The position numbers were made by a program, and so were the translations under genes. The notes beneath the pieces are model-generated. The model was given only the letters and a program-made list of their open reading frames with translations, made no database searches and was not told the DNA's origin. From positions 512,001 to 576,000 of the forward strand of contig CAXXQS010000001.1 in assembly GCA_963674735.2 (NCBI GenBank): a stretch of 64,000 nucleotides of DNA, given 5' to 3'. Shown here in pieces: positions 61,024 through 64,000 of this stretch (position 1 is its first letter; every line of letters starts with the position of its first letter). The DNA comes from Myxococcota bacterium. Its GTDB lineage: Bacteria; Myxococcota_A; SURF-8.

Positions 61024-62168
61024 ACGAGAATGCTGTTGATTTCGATCCATCTTCAATCCGTGAAGGCCGCAGCGACCATGACACGCTTCTTAATCGGCAC
61101 AAGCCAATCGCAGGCGTCCGTCATGCCGCAGCGGGTGAAGCGGATCGAGGCTCCACTGGCCGATCCCTTTGGACGGTTATTGGAGCGAGACGACTCGCGC
61201 CGAGTCGACACGGGAGTCACTCTCCCGTCCTAACTCTACGTTGCACATGGGCACGCCCATGATCGCGATAGATTTCGTTCCGTGACAATCCGAAACGAGC
61301 GTGAAAACGTCCACCGATGCAGTCCGATCTGTGGCGGCTCATCGATCTTGCATGCCGGGAGAGAGCCAGGACATGGAAGGTTGATCCGCACAGTGTCGCA
61401 CTGCTCACCGCCTCGGATTCGCGGTCTCGGGCGGGTGACGGTTTCAGGCCGGAACGGGGAAACGGAATGAATGATCCGTGAAAAACGGGTCACGAGACGA
61501 ATCACGGAGCTTCGTGATTTGGGGGGAAGGCGCAAGCCTTCCCCGAACCTTGATGCCGATCAGTGTGTAAAGACGGGTGTAACGACGCCTATAAAGCCGT
61601 CTTTACAGGCTCTGAATGTTCTTTAAAAAGGAAAGCATATGAAATGATTGCGGGTTCGTCGGGCTTACTGAAGCGAGTTCAAAGCCCGACTCCCTCCCTT
61701 TTTCTCAAGCCGCTCACCGCCTCGACGTGTCTCGTTGTTTGCGGGATCTAAAGGGAGGGAGTCGGCCTTCGCAGCCCTCGAACCACTCGCGGTGTCGCTA
61801 ACGCTCCTTGCTCGTGGGAGGTCGCGGGCCCGACGAACCCGCAATCGGCGACCGTGAGTCGCCTTGAAAAAGGGAGCACAGGCAAAGAAAACGCCTCCCC
61901 GTGAGGTGCCCAAAGAAGAGAGGCGTTTTGCTTCGCCAACGTACTTTGAAGGAATGCTTTTCCGAATCCTCTCCGGCGGGAGCGGAGCACCAATCCGATT
62001 GTCCAGCCGTAGAGAATCGAAACGGTGCGCACATCCTCTGCCGATCTTGCCTAAGTTCGGCGAACGATGCGAAGCGTTTTTATTGTAGCAAGAATGCCTG
62101 GAATCGAAAACCCGGCTTGAATTTGGAACGGAGGATAATCCGACGATTCGGACCCGAAGGAGGACGCC

Positions 62169-62396
62169 ATGCAGGAACAATCGACTATCGATCTCGACAA
62201 CTTGCCCGACGTGATGACGGTCGAGGAGGTGGCCAAGTTTCTCCGGGTCAATAAAAAGACTGTTTACGATGCCGCTAAACGAGGAGACATCCCTGCCAAA
62301 AAAATCGGTCGGGTGTATAGATTCAGTAGAATGGCTGTGCTACAATCCTTGCAAGGGCAAGGTCGCGTTTCGCGTTCATCGAGGAGAAGAAGATGA
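62169..62396 (+). CDS. Excisionase-like HTH (Xis)
   Basis: MTVEEVAKFLRVNKKTVY...GDIPAKKIGRVYRF; overlaps the int start. Confidence 0.88.
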   Translation: MQEQSTIDLDNLPDVMTVEEVAKFLRVNKKTVYDAAKRGDIPAKKIGRVYRFSRMAVLQSLQGQGRVSRSSRRRR

Positions 62397-63493
62397 GCGT
62401 CAGAAAACGTGGCAACAAGTGGATTGTGGACATTGATTTTGAACACCCGGACGGCAGCAGAGAGCGTATTCGGAAGGTTTCACCCGTTCAAACCAAACGG
62501 GGTGCCGAGCAGTTTGAGCGAGAACTTCGGCAGGCGCTCTTGTCCGGTTCGGGAACGGACGGAAAGGAGGAGAAAAAGAAGAGTCCGAAGTTTGCAGATT
62601 TTGCAAAGGAGTTTCTGTCTCATTATGCCACGGTCAACAACAAGCCATCGGAGATTCGTTCGAAGGAGAAGAATTTGCGCGTGCACCTGATTCCCGCTTT
62701 TGGTAAGAAGTGGATTCAAGACATTTCAGCTCACGACATCGAGCGGTATAAAGCGAAAAAGGCTGGAGAAGGCCTGTCACCGAAAACGGTCAACAATCAC
62801 CTAACCTGCCTTCGGAAATGTCTTTCAGTCGTACAGGAGTGGGGTTTTGTTGAAAACGTTCCGCCTGTCAAGTGGCTGAAGGTTCCCACGCAGAAATTCG
62901 ACTTCCTGAATTTCGACGAAGCCGACGCGATAGTGGAACATGCCGATCCGGAATGGCGAGTCATGATCCTCACCGCTCAGAAAGCAGGTTTGCGTATGGG
63001 GGAGCTATTGGAGCTTCGCTGGGCGGATGTCAGCTTTCAGACGGGACGCATGATCGTGAGTCGCGCCGTCTATCGCGGCGACATCGGCACGACCAAAGGC
63101 GGGCGCAGCCGGGAACTACCGCTTTGCGACGAACTTCTGATCGCGTTGGAACGGCACTTTCACAAGCGTGGCGAACATGTGTTCTGCGATGCGGACGGAT
63201 TGCCGTTTGCCGAGGGAGCGTGCAAATGGCCGCTGTGGCGAGCCTGCGACCGAGCCGGGATCAGAAGAATCCGCTGGCATGTACTGAGACATACCTTTGC
63301 GAGTCATCTGGTGATGAAGAGCGTGCCGATCACGCACGTTCAGAAACTGATGGGGCATACGGATATCCGAACGACGATGCGCTACGCGCACCTGTCTCCG
63401 AACGTACTCCGGGAGGCGGTTCAAGTGCTCAACAGCGGCACAATAGCGGCACAAAAATCGCCTCGCCTGAGAATTGTGAGCAATATCAATTAG
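62393..63493 (+). CDS. Phage-type tyrosine integrase
   Basis: Arm-binding N-terminus; GLRMGEL; TKGG; HVLRHTFAS; MGH...TMRYAH. Confidence 0.95.
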   Translation: MSVRKRGNKWIVDIDFEHPDGSRERIRKVSPVQTKRGAEQFERELRQALLSGSGTDGKEEKKKSPKFADFAKEFLSHYATVNNKPSEIRSKEKNLRVHLIPAFGKKWIQDISAHDIERYKAKKAGEGLSPKTVNNHLTCLRKCLSVVQEWGFVENVPPVKWLKVPTQKFDFLNFDEADAIVEHADPEWRVMILTAQKAGLRMGELLELRWADVSFQTGRMIVSRAVYRGDIGTTKGGRSRELPLCDELLIALERHFHKRGEHVFCDADGLPFAEGACKWPLWRACDRAGIRRIRWHVLRHTFASHLVMKSVPITHVQKLMGHTDIRTTMRYAHLSPNVLREAVQVLNSGTIAAQKSPRLRIVSNIN

Positions 63494-63497
63494 TTAA

Positions 63498-63520
63498 TGG
63501 TGGAGGCGGGGGGAATCGAA
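63498..63520 (-). repeat. att site (right), tmRNA-like 3' end TTCGATTCCCCCCGCCTCCACCA
   Basis: Starts 4 bp after the int stop codon; the sequence beyond does not continue as a tRNA/tmRNA. Confidence 0.8.
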
Positions 63521-64000
63521 TGCCCCGACGGCCTTTTTGACAACCCTAGGAATATCAGCAAGATAGGTGCTATGTCTTTGATTATACTAAGGTAAGTCTA
63601 TTCCAATCAGTTCCAACTGGAACCATCGAAATCCATCCCGTGGTGCAGAGTCTGGGCACTATTTGGGCATCGCTGGGAAGGCATTCTATTATGATGGGAT
63701 ATCGGATTTAAAAATCCAAGGCCATCATTGCACTGAATTAAGATTTGGTCAAGCATTCAAAAATTGACATCCTGAACCCGTATCGTCCGTTGTGCAATCC
63801 AATTGCAGGTTGGACGATGTAGGGATTTTTCCATATGGATACCGTTGGCTGACTCGGTATGGTCGGTGCCAGTGAGCTTTAGCTTTTTGAAATTGTTCAG
63901 GGACAAGAAGCGAATCAAAAATCACAGTTGCTTTCGTATCATTTGGCTCTTGACAATTGTCAGAATAAACTATATTATTTCTGACAGATGAGAGGAGTAA

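Larger units (their letters stand above)
7966..63520. mobile_element. ~55.5 kb integrative genomic island (tyrosine integrase) at a tmRNA-like 3' end
   Basis: Identical 19-bp direct repeats GGAGGCGGGGGGAATCGAA at 7966-7984 and 63502-63520; identical arm-type repeats CGGCACAATAGCGGCACAA inside both ends; xis-int at the right end. Confidence 0.8.

Noticed and set aside
63498-63540. Intact tRNA or tmRNA gene
   Set aside because: Only the last ~23 nt match and the T-stem 5' strand is absent; treated as an att site. The same applies to 7966-7987.

Overview
The window looks like an anaerobic, probably deltaproteobacterial chromosome (inferred from gene content). 1-6.6 kb holds an IS1-family element and an ArsR / TAT-4Fe4S / [NrfD-HybB + cytochrome c3 + octaheme OTR] respiratory operon. 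From ~7.97 kb to 63.52 kb lies one ~55.5 kb integrative island. It is bounded by 19-bp direct repeats matching a tmRNA-like 3' end, has matching integrase arm-type repeats at both ends, and carries xis-int at the right end. A related tandem island appears to start at 63.52 kb. The main cargo is a complete type III-B CRISPR-Cas locus on the minus strand: three arrays each with a copy of the same 367-bp leader, cas2, a Cas6-RT-Cas1 triple fusion, cmr1-6 with an HD-less Cas10, a CorA-family membrane effector, and an embedded membrane pentapeptide-repeat gene. No recognisable signal-degrading enzyme is present. This looks like an RNA-acquiring, probably SAM-AMP-signalling CRISPR system on a mobile element. 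Other cargo: EamA transporter, stand-alone TIR, two Replic_Relax proteins, primase, VirD4-like coupling protein, Fic, two TA pairs, two small paralogs ending in clamp-binding-like motifs, pilin/FecR and EGF surface proteins, a Xer-like recombinase flanked by palindromes, an REase-NTPase defence gene, a frameshifted large serine recombinase, ISKra4, and an HTH-solute-binding regulator opposite a small secreted Cys-rich peptide. All calls come from motif recognition by eye; no database searches were run.
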